Assembly: GCA_048938105.1 (NCBI GenBank)
Contig: JBHLMN010000022.1
Coordinates: 32,001 to 96,000, forward strand
Reading direction: 5' to 3'
Source: Promethearchaeota archaeon
Lineage (GTDB): Archaea; Asgardarchaeota; Heimdallarchaeia; Hodarchaeales; Hodarchaeaceae
DNA: 64,000 bases
Positions within the stretch are counted from its first letter, which is position 1, and each line of letters starts with the position of its first letter. The notes under the pieces are model-generated. The model had not been told where the DNA came from and made no database searches. It saw nothing but the letters and a program-made list of their open reading frames with translations. Positions 42,050-51,602 of the stretch are shown here, one piece after another. The position numbers and the translations under genes are program-made.

Positions 42050-42604
42050 ATGAAGCGTTTTTGTCCATATTGTGGCAATCAGATTGACAAAACTGACATT
42101 TATTGTCTGTATTGCGGGAAAAAAATACCTGAGGAAGCAAAACGCCCTGAGAAGGAAGTATCTTGGAAACCACAGACCATGTATACCACTCCACCAGCCA
42201 CTCCATATCCTGTTCCCCCTCGATCCCGATATCAACCACGAACTTTTCATCCAACTCAACAAGCAACACTTGGAGATCGGTGCTTTGCATTATTCATCGA
42301 TAATTGTATTAGTTATAGCATTAGCGTGGTATCGTGCCTGATCTTGTGTATCCCTTTGGGATACGCTTATGATTGCATCAAAGATGGGATTCGAGAGGGA
42401 CAATCATTTGGGAAGGGGGGGATGCACCTAAGGGTTGTTGATTTTCGAACAGGGAGGCCAGCTACAATAGGACAATCAATGATTCGCAACTGTCTCTGTG
42501 GATCATGCGATTCTTCGACCTGTTATTGCTTTGCGATTCTTGATAGTAATGGTAGAAGAATCGGTGATAAGATCGCTGGAACAGTCGTCATAAAAGACTA
42601 TTAA
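42050..42604 (+). CDS. RDD-family membrane protein with N-terminal zinc ribbon
   Basis: CPYCG..CLYCG; ATLGDRCFALFID; GQSFGK..MHLRVV; RRIGDKIAGTVVI. Confidence 0.9.
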   Translation: MKRFCPYCGNQIDKTDIYCLYCGKKIPEEAKRPEKEVSWKPQTMYTTPPATPYPVPPRSRYQPRTFHPTQQATLGDRCFALFIDNCISYSISVVSCLILCIPLGYAYDCIKDGIREGQSFGKGGMHLRVVDFRTGRPATIGQSMIRNCLCGSCDSSTCYCFAILDSNGRRIGDKIAGTVVIKDY

Positions 42605-42626
42605 TCGCCAGGGGTAAAAATAGGAA

Positions 42627-42696
42627 TCATTCTTTGGTCAAAATTTCTCGAATGGGATCAAAATACAACTGTTGATAGGACTCACGTAATTGTTTC
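42627..42696 (-). pseudogene. ATPase extreme 3'-end remnant
   Basis: tctttggtcaaaatttctcgaatgggatcaaaatacaactgttgata aligns to ~49279-49348 including the stop position. Confidence 0.85.
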
Positions 42697-43095
42697 GTTA
42701 AAAAATTCAGAGTTAATCCTCAGGTAAAATTGTGTCACATTACTTTTCAACATTATTACAATAGATAAGATCCAACCCCTCATTCCTCTGATCGGTCTTT
42801 CTTGTATTGAAATAAGAAAATTATTAATTCTTAGTACTGATTTCAATGTTTTGAATAATTAATGAGTATGATCCATCAAGATCTAAGGATTTAATAAGGA
42901 GAGAATAATCAAAAAAAAGCATTTTTACCGAGATAATTTGCATACTTTTCCAAAATCAATGAAAATTATTTCCCTATTAGCTCACCAAACGAATAAGGCA
43001 TTAGAATGGACTTCGAGGGAATAGATAGATATTTGGTACAGTCAACATCATTGAGTTTTCTTAAAAATCCCTTGAAATGGACTTCAACATTGATT

Positions 43096-43341
43096 CTATC
43101 GCTCTATTCTCAGAAAAATTTCCCAATTCAAATGGGAAAGAATTTCATCCTCTTCTGGCATAAGAGGATCACGATAAATTGACCATTTTCCTTTTGAATT
43201 CTTAATTGTTATTCTACCTTTCTCAATTGTTTTAATTTCATTTAATTCTTTTACTAAGATGGTAGCCCAATATCCACACTTGGGACAATAATACCCCTTG
43301 CCTTGAGCCACTAGTTGAGATTTACAAAATCGACACTTCAT
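43096..43341 (-). CDS. Small zinc-ribbon protein
   Basis: MKCRFC...YYCPKCGY; GAAGGTGA Shine-Dalgarno before the ATG at 43341. Confidence 0.65.
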   Translation of the reverse strand: MKCRFCKSQLVAQGKGYYCPKCGYWATILVKELNEIKTIEKGRITIKNSKGKWSIYRDPLMPEEDEILSHLNWEIFLRIER

Positions 43342-43616
43342 TTTTTCACCTTCCTTCCGTTTGAGGATGGTTATTTTTATAAAAAAAACCGATAGTGACA
43401 CGATATGTTCTCAAATAGACCTCCTGTGAAACCCCACTTATATTTTCCTGTAATTATTCAACCAGGAGAAAGCTTCTAATACTCCTCATTCATCCCGGAA
43501 AACGCTTTCGATCTTTAAACAACCTTTTTATATTTAACTACACCTTTAGGACTTTCAAGTGGATTCATATATTCTCCATATTCTTTTATATGTTAATAAT
43601 TCATTAGTAACTTCTT

Positions 43617-45032
43617 TCAATAAGTTGAAGATCCGCGCATCTTCGATAGTATCGCCCCAACATTAAGAAGCCCTTTGAAAATGAGGCCTGGTTCACCAAG
43701 CTGTAAGGCTTTGTATTGAATTCTTAGCAGTCTACGGGGATTTTTATAGAAATATTTGGTAAAACTATTCTTTATTCCTGATATTTCTTCTGATGAATAA
43801 TTGGATAATCGTTTATCAGCCCGAACAAAAAGCTCGCTCTCATCAATAACACCTTTTTTAACCGCATTTATCCATAACTGTGTGCCTACCACATAGGTTA
43901 AATCGTAACAACTAATTAAATCTAGAGGTACGGTATCAAAATATTCCAAATTTTGCTTAATGTGCTTTTCTGTTTCAAATGGGGCTCCTATAATGAAAAA
44001 TCCTACTGTTATTAAGCCTGCTTTATTAGCTAATTTTATTGCGTTTATTCCTTGCTCTACTGTCGTTCTTTTATTGTAAAAGTCAAGTACGTCTTGATTA
44101 GCGCTTTCAATCCCAAAAAATACTGCGATTACTCCTGCTTTTCGCATTTTCTGAAATAAATTAAAATCCACTGAGTCCACTCTTCCTTGAACAGCCATCT
44201 TGATCTTTATCTTCTCTCCAATGATTCTGTCCATAATTTTGTGAACTCGCTTCTTATTCAGTAAGAAATTGTCATCACCAAAAGCAATATATCTGTATCC
44301 TTGCTTAACTAAACATTTTATCTCATTGACAACATTATCAACACTCCTTGCACGGTACTGGCTATATATCATACGAGCACAAAAATGACAATTAAAGGGG
44401 CATCCTCGCGTGCTCATGAGCCATGCGAGATTAAGTCGTGCATTACCAAGATACCCATACTTTTTTTTATCAATTAATTCCCAAGCGGGGAATATACTCG
44501 AATCCAGGTTTTTGACTTGCATGACCCCAGGATTTTTTATTATTTTTCCATCTTTCTTGTAAATTAATCCAGGAATATCTTCTAAGGATGTTTTTTGCAC
44601 AATAGAGTTGAGAATATGTGTAATGTAGCCTTCTGCTTCTCCTAAACAGGTTAGAAAAGACCCTTCAATATATTTATGAGTAATGTTACAATGTGGCCCA
44701 CCACATAATATGAATCCTTTTGGATTCACCTCCTGTATATCTTTGATGATCTTTTGGACATTATTCAGTACAAGAGTATAACAGGTAATCAAGATGAAGT
44801 CTTGTACTGTAATAATCTTCAGAAATTCTTTCCTTGAGAGCTTGTCAACATTTAAATCAAGAAATGTTACATTATACCCTTCTCTTAGTAGTGGAGCCCC
44901 AAGATAGAGGAGCCCGAGAGGAGGAGCTAAGCTCTTATTTGCTTTCCATCTTTTTCCAAATGAATATTCATTAAATGGTGCGTGTAAAAGTAATACGTTC
45001 TTACTCCGTCCTTTTTCCAATTTAATGTCCAC
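43617..45032 (-). CDS. Cobalamin-binding radical SAM protein
   Basis: PPLGLLYL and GGPH in the B12-binding domain; TRGCPFNCHFC CxxxCxxC; GIESANQ. Confidence 0.93.
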   Translation of the reverse strand: MDIKLEKGRSKNVLLLHAPFNEYSFGKRWKANKSLAPPLGLLYLGAPLLREGYNVTFLDLNVDKLSRKEFLKIITVQDFILITCYTLVLNNVQKIIKDIQEVNPKGFILCGGPHCNITHKYIEGSFLTCLGEAEGYITHILNSIVQKTSLEDIPGLIYKKDGKIIKNPGVMQVKNLDSSIFPAWELIDKKKYGYLGNARLNLAWLMSTRGCPFNCHFCARMIYSQYRARSVDNVVNEIKCLVKQGYRYIAFGDDNFLLNKKRVHKIMDRIIGEKIKIKMAVQGRVDSVDFNLFQKMRKAGVIAVFFGIESANQDVLDFYNKRTTVEQGINAIKLANKAGLITVGFFIIGAPFETEKHIKQNLEYFDTVPLDLISCYDLTYVVGTQLWINAVKKGVIDESELFVRADKRLSNYSSEEISGIKNSFTKYFYKNPRRLLRIQYKALQLGEPGLIFKGLLNVGAILSKMRGSSTY

Positions 45033-45426
45033 TCCTCGTTAAAAGTGCGTTTTAGATCTAAACCAAAAGGATAACACTTAAACTAGAATAGAAAATAAAA
45101 AGTAGTAAGGGATAAGAAATTACAATTTTCTCTTGAAATTTTGATGAAAATTGCTCCCAAGAAAATGTATTCCTATTGCAATTTTTCTGAAAAAATCGTT
45201 CTCTAGCATTTTTTCTTTTTCAGCTAGAATGGTTTGCCATTTTTCTACCAGAATGTCAATTAACTGTTTGAATATCTTATTTACATAGTCGAGATTCGGA
45301 TATAATGGGATAAAAGCATTAGTTGCAGTAAAGATTCAATAAATCACATTCACTCTTTAAATTTCTTGACTTAAGGATTTCTCTGACCATTATGTGTACT
45401 ATTTCACTACCTCTGATTTTATCGCA

Positions 45427-45918
45427 TTAATCGAATGGGGAAGGAATATGAGATGTCCAATTGTTTGGTAGAGGGTCAACTTTTCCAGTAAGAGGAACTT
45501 CCCATACCTCCGTGACCATCTCCCCTTTATGAGTCGAAAAAACTCCATTAGCTACAAAGATCGCACCAGCTAAATCTTTTACTCCAAGTATTGGGAATAA
45601 AAGTCGGTTTTTCGTCTGTGTACTTGGTTCTGCTTCCCAGTCAAACATCAATGGATCGCTTGATTCTATTTCTTGATTACTTAATTTAATAATAATACGT
45701 TCCCATCTCAAATATCCCATTCGATCCCCGATATTTTGAATGAGAATTATTACATCGATATTTTCATGGCGTCTTTTTGTTACACGAGCTTCTGTAAGAT
45801 TGAATTGTGGCCCACGAATTCGGTTGTGCCACGTATTATAAATTGACAGTATCAAAGCAATAAAGCCTAGTAGTAGCCCTCCAATAGCTGCAATACTTGT
45901 AAGAAGATCATTTGCCAA
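45427..45918 (-). CDS. Hypothetical N-terminally anchored protein
   Basis: 163 aa; N-terminal TM; GGAGG upstream. Confidence 0.75.
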   Translation of the reverse strand: MANDLLTSIAAIGGLLLGFIALILSIYNTWHNRIRGPQFNLTEARVTKRRHENIDVIILIQNIGDRMGYLRWERIIIKLSNQEIESSDPLMFDWEAEPSTQTKNRLLFPILGVKDLAGAIFVANGVFSTHKGEMVTEVWEVPLTGKVDPLPNNWTSHIPSPFD

Positions 45919-46487
45919 TTTCTTCGCCTCCTTTATGTTCTAATGATCTCACATTTTCTTTTCGCGCCGACCTATTTAAATTCTATAGAGTAAGAAAATG
46001 ACAATTTTTATTAGGAAGATTGTTGAAAAATCTACATCTAAAATTAACTTAAGTAAGTTTCAATTGACTTGTCTAGACTTTCAGGAACCTCTTTCTGTAT
46101 GGATTTAAGATATAATTATAGCTATCCTTTATTGATATCCTATAAATCTCTTTAATGAATAATCAGACCCAAAAAGGATAATGGGAGAGAAGAATGGGTT
46201 GCTTAAATCAGGAGAATTAGTAAAGAGATTGAAACAGTCCTAAAAACATTCAACAGTTTTTTCGTGATAATTTGTAATTTTTTATTCCTATTGGCTTTAA
46301 ATAATAAGCTTGACAGTTATCAAAATGTGTGTGATATTCATTTATCTCTGAAAGAAGCCTACTTTGGGACCCTCGCAAAGACAACACATATTGATATCAA
46401 CTTTTACAACATAGTCATGATGAAGTGAGTTTTCTTGAGTTATGAGAAGGTGTATGGTGTGAAAAAAGGATTATTGAGGGGATTCCC

Positions 46488-46805
46488 TTGAAAGATACTC
46501 ACAAGGTTTTCATCTCTGATGAGACATGGCAATTAATAAGAGGATTTTTACCTGTTGCCCGTAAAGTAATGAGAGCTCCAGATTTTTCGGAGATAGATTT
46601 AGTAGAACTAGTTATCCAGCAGGGCTTAGGCCAGATGCTCACCGATATTGTTTCTGAGGGCCCAGATGTCTTGCTAGAGAGTTTCAAGCACATACATCTA
46701 GAAGATCCTGAAGAATTGGGCAGGATCATCGTTGATAAATTGAAAAAAAGAGAGACGAGAACACTGTCAAAAAAATGGAGAAAACAGATGTCTAGATTTA
46801 TCTAA
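46488..46805 (+). CDS. Hypothetical small protein (possibly DNA-binding)
   Basis: 105 aa; GAGGGG upstream; N-terminal strand-helix pattern HKVFISDETWQLIR. Confidence 0.65.
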   Translation: MKDTHKVFISDETWQLIRGFLPVARKVMRAPDFSEIDLVELVIQQGLGQMLTDIVSEGPDVLLESFKHIHLEDPEELGRIIVDKLKKRETRTLSKKWRKQMSRFI

Positions 46806-46846
46806 TATTCAAATAATTATGATAATGAAATAAATCAATAGTAATA

Positions 46847-47536
46847 GTGGAATCAATTGTTTTAAAAGATGATAGAATGTCAGACAATGAGAAACATAAG
46901 CCTGAAGAAAAGGAAAAAAATAAAGAAAGAAAGAAAACTGATGAAAATAAATTTGAGGAGTTAAAATTTTTCATCCAGATATGGCAACATCACGACACGA
47001 TGTTTTGGAATAGATTCACAACCTTTATTGCTGCCGCCTCGATATTGATAACATTTTTAGGTGCAGTTGTTCTTTTCGGCATAAGTAATCAAAATCTAAG
47101 AAATGAAAACCTACTATCAACGCGAATATCAGCCATAATAGTTCTAATGGCGGGAGCTTTTGTGGTAATTACGATTTTTTGGTATTTCATGTTGAACCAC
47201 ATTTTTATATGGGTAGATTTTTACTTAAAAAAAGCTAGGGCTTCTCAAAAGGAACTTGGTATGAAAATACTTTTTAATAATAGTGAAGGGCCAATATTTC
47301 CTTTTCTAGCAAAAATTCCAAGTATTCGTATTATGGACTTTCTCTTTAGCTTTTTCTGTATATGTGGAATCTTGGTGGTAATTCAGCATTTTTTGATGGT
47401 TCATTTCTCTTCATGGTCAATTGATAATCCTGCAATATTCATTGGAATCATAGTTATTACACCAATCGGAACACTGGTAAGCCAACACTTGTTGAATCAG
47501 TGGCGTTCAAATAAAATTAAAGCATTTGAATTTTAA
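46847..47536 (+). CDS. Hypothetical four-TM membrane protein
   Basis: Charged N-terminus then 4 TM helices. Confidence 0.75.
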   Translation: MESIVLKDDRMSDNEKHKPEEKEKNKERKKTDENKFEELKFFIQIWQHHDTMFWNRFTTFIAAASILITFLGAVVLFGISNQNLRNENLLSTRISAIIVLMAGAFVVITIFWYFMLNHIFIWVDFYLKKARASQKELGMKILFNNSEGPIFPFLAKIPSIRIMDFLFSFFCICGILVVIQHFLMVHFSSWSIDNPAIFIGIIVITPIGTLVSQHLLNQWRSNKIKAFEF

Positions 47537-47620
47537 CCTCTGAGGATAGTTCAAATTCCTTTTTCTTTATTTTTCTAGGAAAACGTATCCCGTTTAACAT
47601 CAATGAATCATTATCAACAA

Positions 47621-48067
47621 CAGTATCCAAGCCTTTCTTGCGAAACCACCCATGTTCCAAAGGACTTATGTAGATGTGGATCGATTTCGGATCAAAAATG
47701 GCATACTTCAACGAAAAGGTTTCTTTGACATGCTGGAAGACGTTAATACTGGAACGATCAACATTAAGAGGAATGTGTGCAAAGTGGAAAGAGGGGATCG
47801 TTTTTCTCATGGGAGAGGCCTCTCCAGAGAAGAAATCACTAAGGTTACTCACTCCTCCTAGGTATGGAAAAAGCGCTTATTTACTCATGAAAATGATTTC
47901 ATCGTGAGATAAACCTTTTTTAAGGCTCAAAGAGCTATTAACCTGTAGTTGGGATTTGGTTCAAAAGGGAAACCACCTTGAGGTATAGTAAAGTGGTTCT
48001 CATTTTAATGCTTTTCATTTGTCTAGTTGTCTGTGGATTATCCCAAGAGCTTCCCTTTACCCCTGAA
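47621..48067 (+). repeat. 447-bp direct repeat of 51246-51692: ATPase 5' remnant, boundary site copy 9 (ends 47894) and signal-peptide fragment
   Basis: Constant offset of 3625 bp; ORF 47517-47852 shares SPM.K.IPSFHF.HIPLNVDRSSIN with the ATPase N-terminus. Confidence 0.95.
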
Positions 48068-48124
48068 GACCAGAAAAATTTCTTATCTTGGGTCATCCTT
48101 GGGACAGATAAATACCATTTGTAA
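47978..48124 (+). pseudogene. Orphan signal-peptide ORF, truncated paralog of the 51603 gene
   Basis: MRYSKVVLILMLFICLVVCGLSQELPFTPED vs MKWSTTVLILMLFIWLLVCGKSQELSFTPEN. Confidence 0.75.
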
Positions 48125-48238
48125 GGGTGGGGTGATTGTTCGTCCAGCATCCATGTTTATATGCCACGTAAGGTGAAACTTTTATAAGAGAAAATGACAA
48201 CAATAACAGGATAATTGCATTCATGAGGGAAAGATACA

Positions 48239-49042
48239 ATGAGAATAACCCATTTGATTAATAATCAAGAAGAAATTGATATTCTTCGATGGTTTAATAG
48301 AAAAAAACCAAAAAAGAGTAAAGAACTGCTATTACCTATACTTTTACTGTCAATACTCGTCTCGAATCCATATTATCATGTTCTTGCTGATCAGACTCAG
48401 GAAAAAAGAATTAATCCAGAACACTTTACAATAGCTGTTCAGGTTGGCGATTGGAGGGAATATAATGTGTCGAAATATTATAATCCCACTGGGATGGGTA
48501 GACTGTACACAGAGGAAGGGCAAAGACTCCTTGTCACAATAATTAATATTACACACAACTTCATAGAATATCGGGTTGAGATAATTCTAGTAAGTGGGGA
48601 GGTCAAAAATCAATCTTCTCAACCAAAAATAAATAGGGCATTTTACCCATGGGTTGGACACCATGTGACAACTACAAATAGAACACTGTTAGAACAAGCC
48701 TTAAAGAGAGACGAAATTCTGATATATGAATTTAAGGAGCATGAATTAAATGTGCAATGGATACGGAACTCTACGTTTTACCCAGGGATCTTTGAGGAAA
48801 ATCACACGTTTATTGAAGAGTGGAATGTCGATCTGAAAACAGGTTGGTTAAATCATTATAAGTACAAAGTAACAATCAATGGAACGATAACACGAGAAAT
48901 CTTTATCGAAACAATAAGAAGTGTGGAACCAGTTAATACAACAACTGGGGACTCTTTCGCTTTAATTGTGATTCCAATCATAACAATTTATATTAGGAGA
49001 CGAGTAAAGAGGAAGAAGAAGGATTCATCAGAATTCACTTGA
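48239..49042 (+). CDS. Hypothetical secreted protein with C-terminal TM anchor
   Basis: Hydrophobic signal segment; VQVGDWREYNV; W.VDLKTGWL; TM plus RRRVKRKKK tail. Confidence 0.78.
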   Translation: MRITHLINNQEEIDILRWFNRKKPKKSKELLLPILLLSILVSNPYYHVLADQTQEKRINPEHFTIAVQVGDWREYNVSKYYNPTGMGRLYTEEGQRLLVTIINITHNFIEYRVEIILVSGEVKNQSSQPKINRAFYPWVGHHVTTTNRTLLEQALKRDEILIYEFKEHELNVQWIRNSTFYPGIFEENHTFIEEWNVDLKTGWLNHYKYKVTINGTITREIFIETIRSVEPVNTTTGDSFALIVIPIITIYIRRRVKRKKKDSSEFT

Positions 49043-49278
49043 TAATAAAAAAATATAAATAATATGAAAAGGATGTATGAGGATAATTAAAGGAGGAAAA
49101 AGCAAGGCCGTTAATGTGTATTGTTTACTTACACTGGATAAAGACAGTGAACGAAAAGTGAAGGCGAAAAAGCATCATATTAAACCTTATTCCCAATGTT
49201 GATCATCCTACAAGAATATCAGCTAGGGGAGCACAAGCCAGAGGCACCATTAATAAACTAATTACTCCTCAAGGAGAA

Positions 49279-51495
49279 TTATTCTTTGGTCAGAATTTCC
49301 TGAATGGGATCAAAATACAATTGTTGATAAGAGTCACGCAATTGTTTCTGAAATGAAAGATTAGATAATTCATCTAAATCCATAGACAAGTCAGGATCTA
49401 AGAGAAACTCATTAGTCTTCAAGAGGGAAATCTGACCGTTGACCGAAATGATACAGCGGCGTTCATCTTGTTTAGCTTTTAATAATTGACGTAATTGCTC
49501 ATATTCATCCTTTGGAATACCTAAGAGATTCGAAACCTCGAAAGGGTTGAATTTCGTGAAGAAAAGAGTCAACAGGCCAGTGTTTGTTAACATAGGTTGG
49601 TCAATAATAGGTTCCGTGCCAATAAAAATCATAGAAATGTCATATGCACGTAAGGTCCAAGGGCCACGTCCAATCATAGATTCAGGAGATTTCGAACGGA
49701 AATTCTTCGCAGGAGCGAGCTTTTGGATCTCATCCAACACGAAGACATTTTTCGGCAACGATTCTTCTTTGAAAGGAGCTCGAAAGGTACGAACATAATA
49801 ATATAAATTCTGAAAGACCACATTTAGAAAAATCTCCCGCCCGCTTTGATCCTCCATAGCCTCAAAGGCAGAGAGGTCAATAATGGCATTCCGATCAAGG
49901 AGGTTGGCAACCTCAAAGGTGGTCTTTGATACCGTGAAACACCGCCCCGTATTACCAAAGAAGAGTTTTTCGACACGATTCAAGATGCCTGTCGCAGTAT
50001 TCTCAAGATAAGCCCCCTTCATTCCCAACTCATCGGGATTCTCCAGATAGAAAAGAAACCTCCGAAAATCCCCCTGATCTTTCACTGTTTGAATAACAGT
50101 AAGATGAAGCATCCGCCGCATCTGGGGAGATACAGCATCCTCATTATCAAAAATATGTTCTAGAATGGAGACCGCAAATTGGATATGGTCTTCAACAGGG
50201 ATAAGAGGTTGACCTGCATCATTCAGAGGAATTTGGAAGATATTAATCCCCCAAGGGAAGGAGGCAGACCCAGGCTTTAAGTAGAGAAAATCATCACAAA
50301 AAGTCCTAACAGGGGAAAGATACTCCCCTTTCGGATCAAAAATGAGAAATTTGACCCCTTTTTGGTGAAATTCGTTGATTAAACCATAAATGAAACGACT
50401 TTTGCCCTCACCTGTCATACCAAAAACAGCCATGTGCCGACAGAGGTCTTTCCCGTCAATTAATAAAGGAACATTAGAGGTTTTGCCGCTAATAATGGGA
50501 ATCCCAAGGTTGATGGCACGTTGAGGAGAAGTTTCACTTATACCCGTGGATAAGGTGTAATCAGATTTGTTGGGGACGAGAGTATACCCCTCGTGGGAGA
50601 ATTGCCGCTGAGGAGGAGCAATGAAACTCATTAGAGACGAACCATCCAAAGTAATGGGGGACACCAGCTTTCTGGAAACACACAACTTCCTGAGGGAAGG
50701 AAAACGTCTGAAAAAAGTGGGATAAGAGCGAGCTTTAAGTCCCTTAGAGACAAATAAGACAGATAAACGATTAAGCTTGGCTTTTAACAACTCAGGACTG
50801 GTTTCCACAACTAAAATCCGAGGAGAGAAGCGAAAACAACCAGCTTCCTCCATGATGTTCATTCGCTGAGGTTGGAAACGGCGTTCGACTTTACCCTGTT
50901 GAATATCAAAACGGACATGACTCAGATGCCGTTCCTGATCATCATCAGATTGGAACTTCTTGGGGACTTTGATGGATTTGAAGACAAATTGAAGAAAAGC
51001 AAATTGAGGATTGTCCGTCAAAATTTCAAGCAGATGATCAGTGAAACCATCAGCTGTGGTAAAAGGAGGTTCTGCAGTGCCCTCTAAACCAAGGATTCCT
51101 CCACAGAAAAAAGTAGGGCCATCTGTACTAACCTGAAAAGACTTAGTCAAAAGGTCAAGAAGCACATGAATCGGGGTGGGTTCAATCTTGTGAAAGTCAG
51201 GATGTAAGCCCATGGCAATAGCAAACTGCTGAATGGTGGCGATACCAGTATCTAAGCTTTTCTTGCGAAACCACCCGCGTTCAAGGGGACACATGTGGAT
51301 GTGGACAGATTTTGGATCAAAAATGGTATACTCCAACGAAAAGGTTTCTTTGGCATGCTGGAAGATGTTAATACTAGACCGATCAACATTAAGAGGAATG
51401 TGTTCGAAGTGGAAAGAGGGGATCGCTTTGCTCATGGGTGAGGCCTCTCTAAGGGAAAAATCGAGTTGATGACTCACTCCTCCTAGGTATTGCAT
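49279..51495 (-). CDS. HerA/FtsK/VirB4-superfamily P-loop ATPase (DUF87-like); only intact copy in the window
   Basis: RHMAVFGMTGEGKS (Walker A), FLIFDPKGEY, VFVLDEIQKL (Walker B); visibly GC-richer than its neighbours. Confidence 0.88.
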   Translation of the reverse strand: MQYLGGVSHQLDFSLREASPMSKAIPSFHFEHIPLNVDRSSINIFQHAKETFSLEYTIFDPKSVHIHMCPLERGWFRKKSLDTGIATIQQFAIAMGLHPDFHKIEPTPIHVLLDLLTKSFQVSTDGPTFFCGGILGLEGTAEPPFTTADGFTDHLLEILTDNPQFAFLQFVFKSIKVPKKFQSDDDQERHLSHVRFDIQQGKVERRFQPQRMNIMEEAGCFRFSPRILVVETSPELLKAKLNRLSVLFVSKGLKARSYPTFFRRFPSLRKLCVSRKLVSPITLDGSSLMSFIAPPQRQFSHEGYTLVPNKSDYTLSTGISETSPQRAINLGIPIISGKTSNVPLLIDGKDLCRHMAVFGMTGEGKSRFIYGLINEFHQKGVKFLIFDPKGEYLSPVRTFCDDFLYLKPGSASFPWGINIFQIPLNDAGQPLIPVEDHIQFAVSILEHIFDNEDAVSPQMRRMLHLTVIQTVKDQGDFRRFLFYLENPDELGMKGAYLENTATGILNRVEKLFFGNTGRCFTVSKTTFEVANLLDRNAIIDLSAFEAMEDQSGREIFLNVVFQNLYYYVRTFRAPFKEESLPKNVFVLDEIQKLAPAKNFRSKSPESMIGRGPWTLRAYDISMIFIGTEPIIDQPMLTNTGLLTLFFTKFNPFEVSNLLGIPKDEYEQLRQLLKAKQDERRCIISVNGQISLLKTNEFLLDPDLSMDLDELSNLSFQKQLRDSYQQLYFDPIQEILTKE

Positions 51496-51519
51496 GAGTG
51501 CTTATTTACTCATGAAAAT
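51471..51519 (+). other. Array boundary site, copy 10 (reference copy; putative recombination site)
   Basis: CATGAGT(51493-51499)-GCTTATTT-ACTCATG(51508-51514); overlaps the first ATG of the ATPase ORF. Confidence 0.85.
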
Positions 51520-51602
51520 GATTTCATCGTGAGATAAACCTTTTTTAAGGCCCCAAGAGCTAAGACCAATAGTCTGGGATTTGGATCAAAAGGGAAACCA
51601 CA

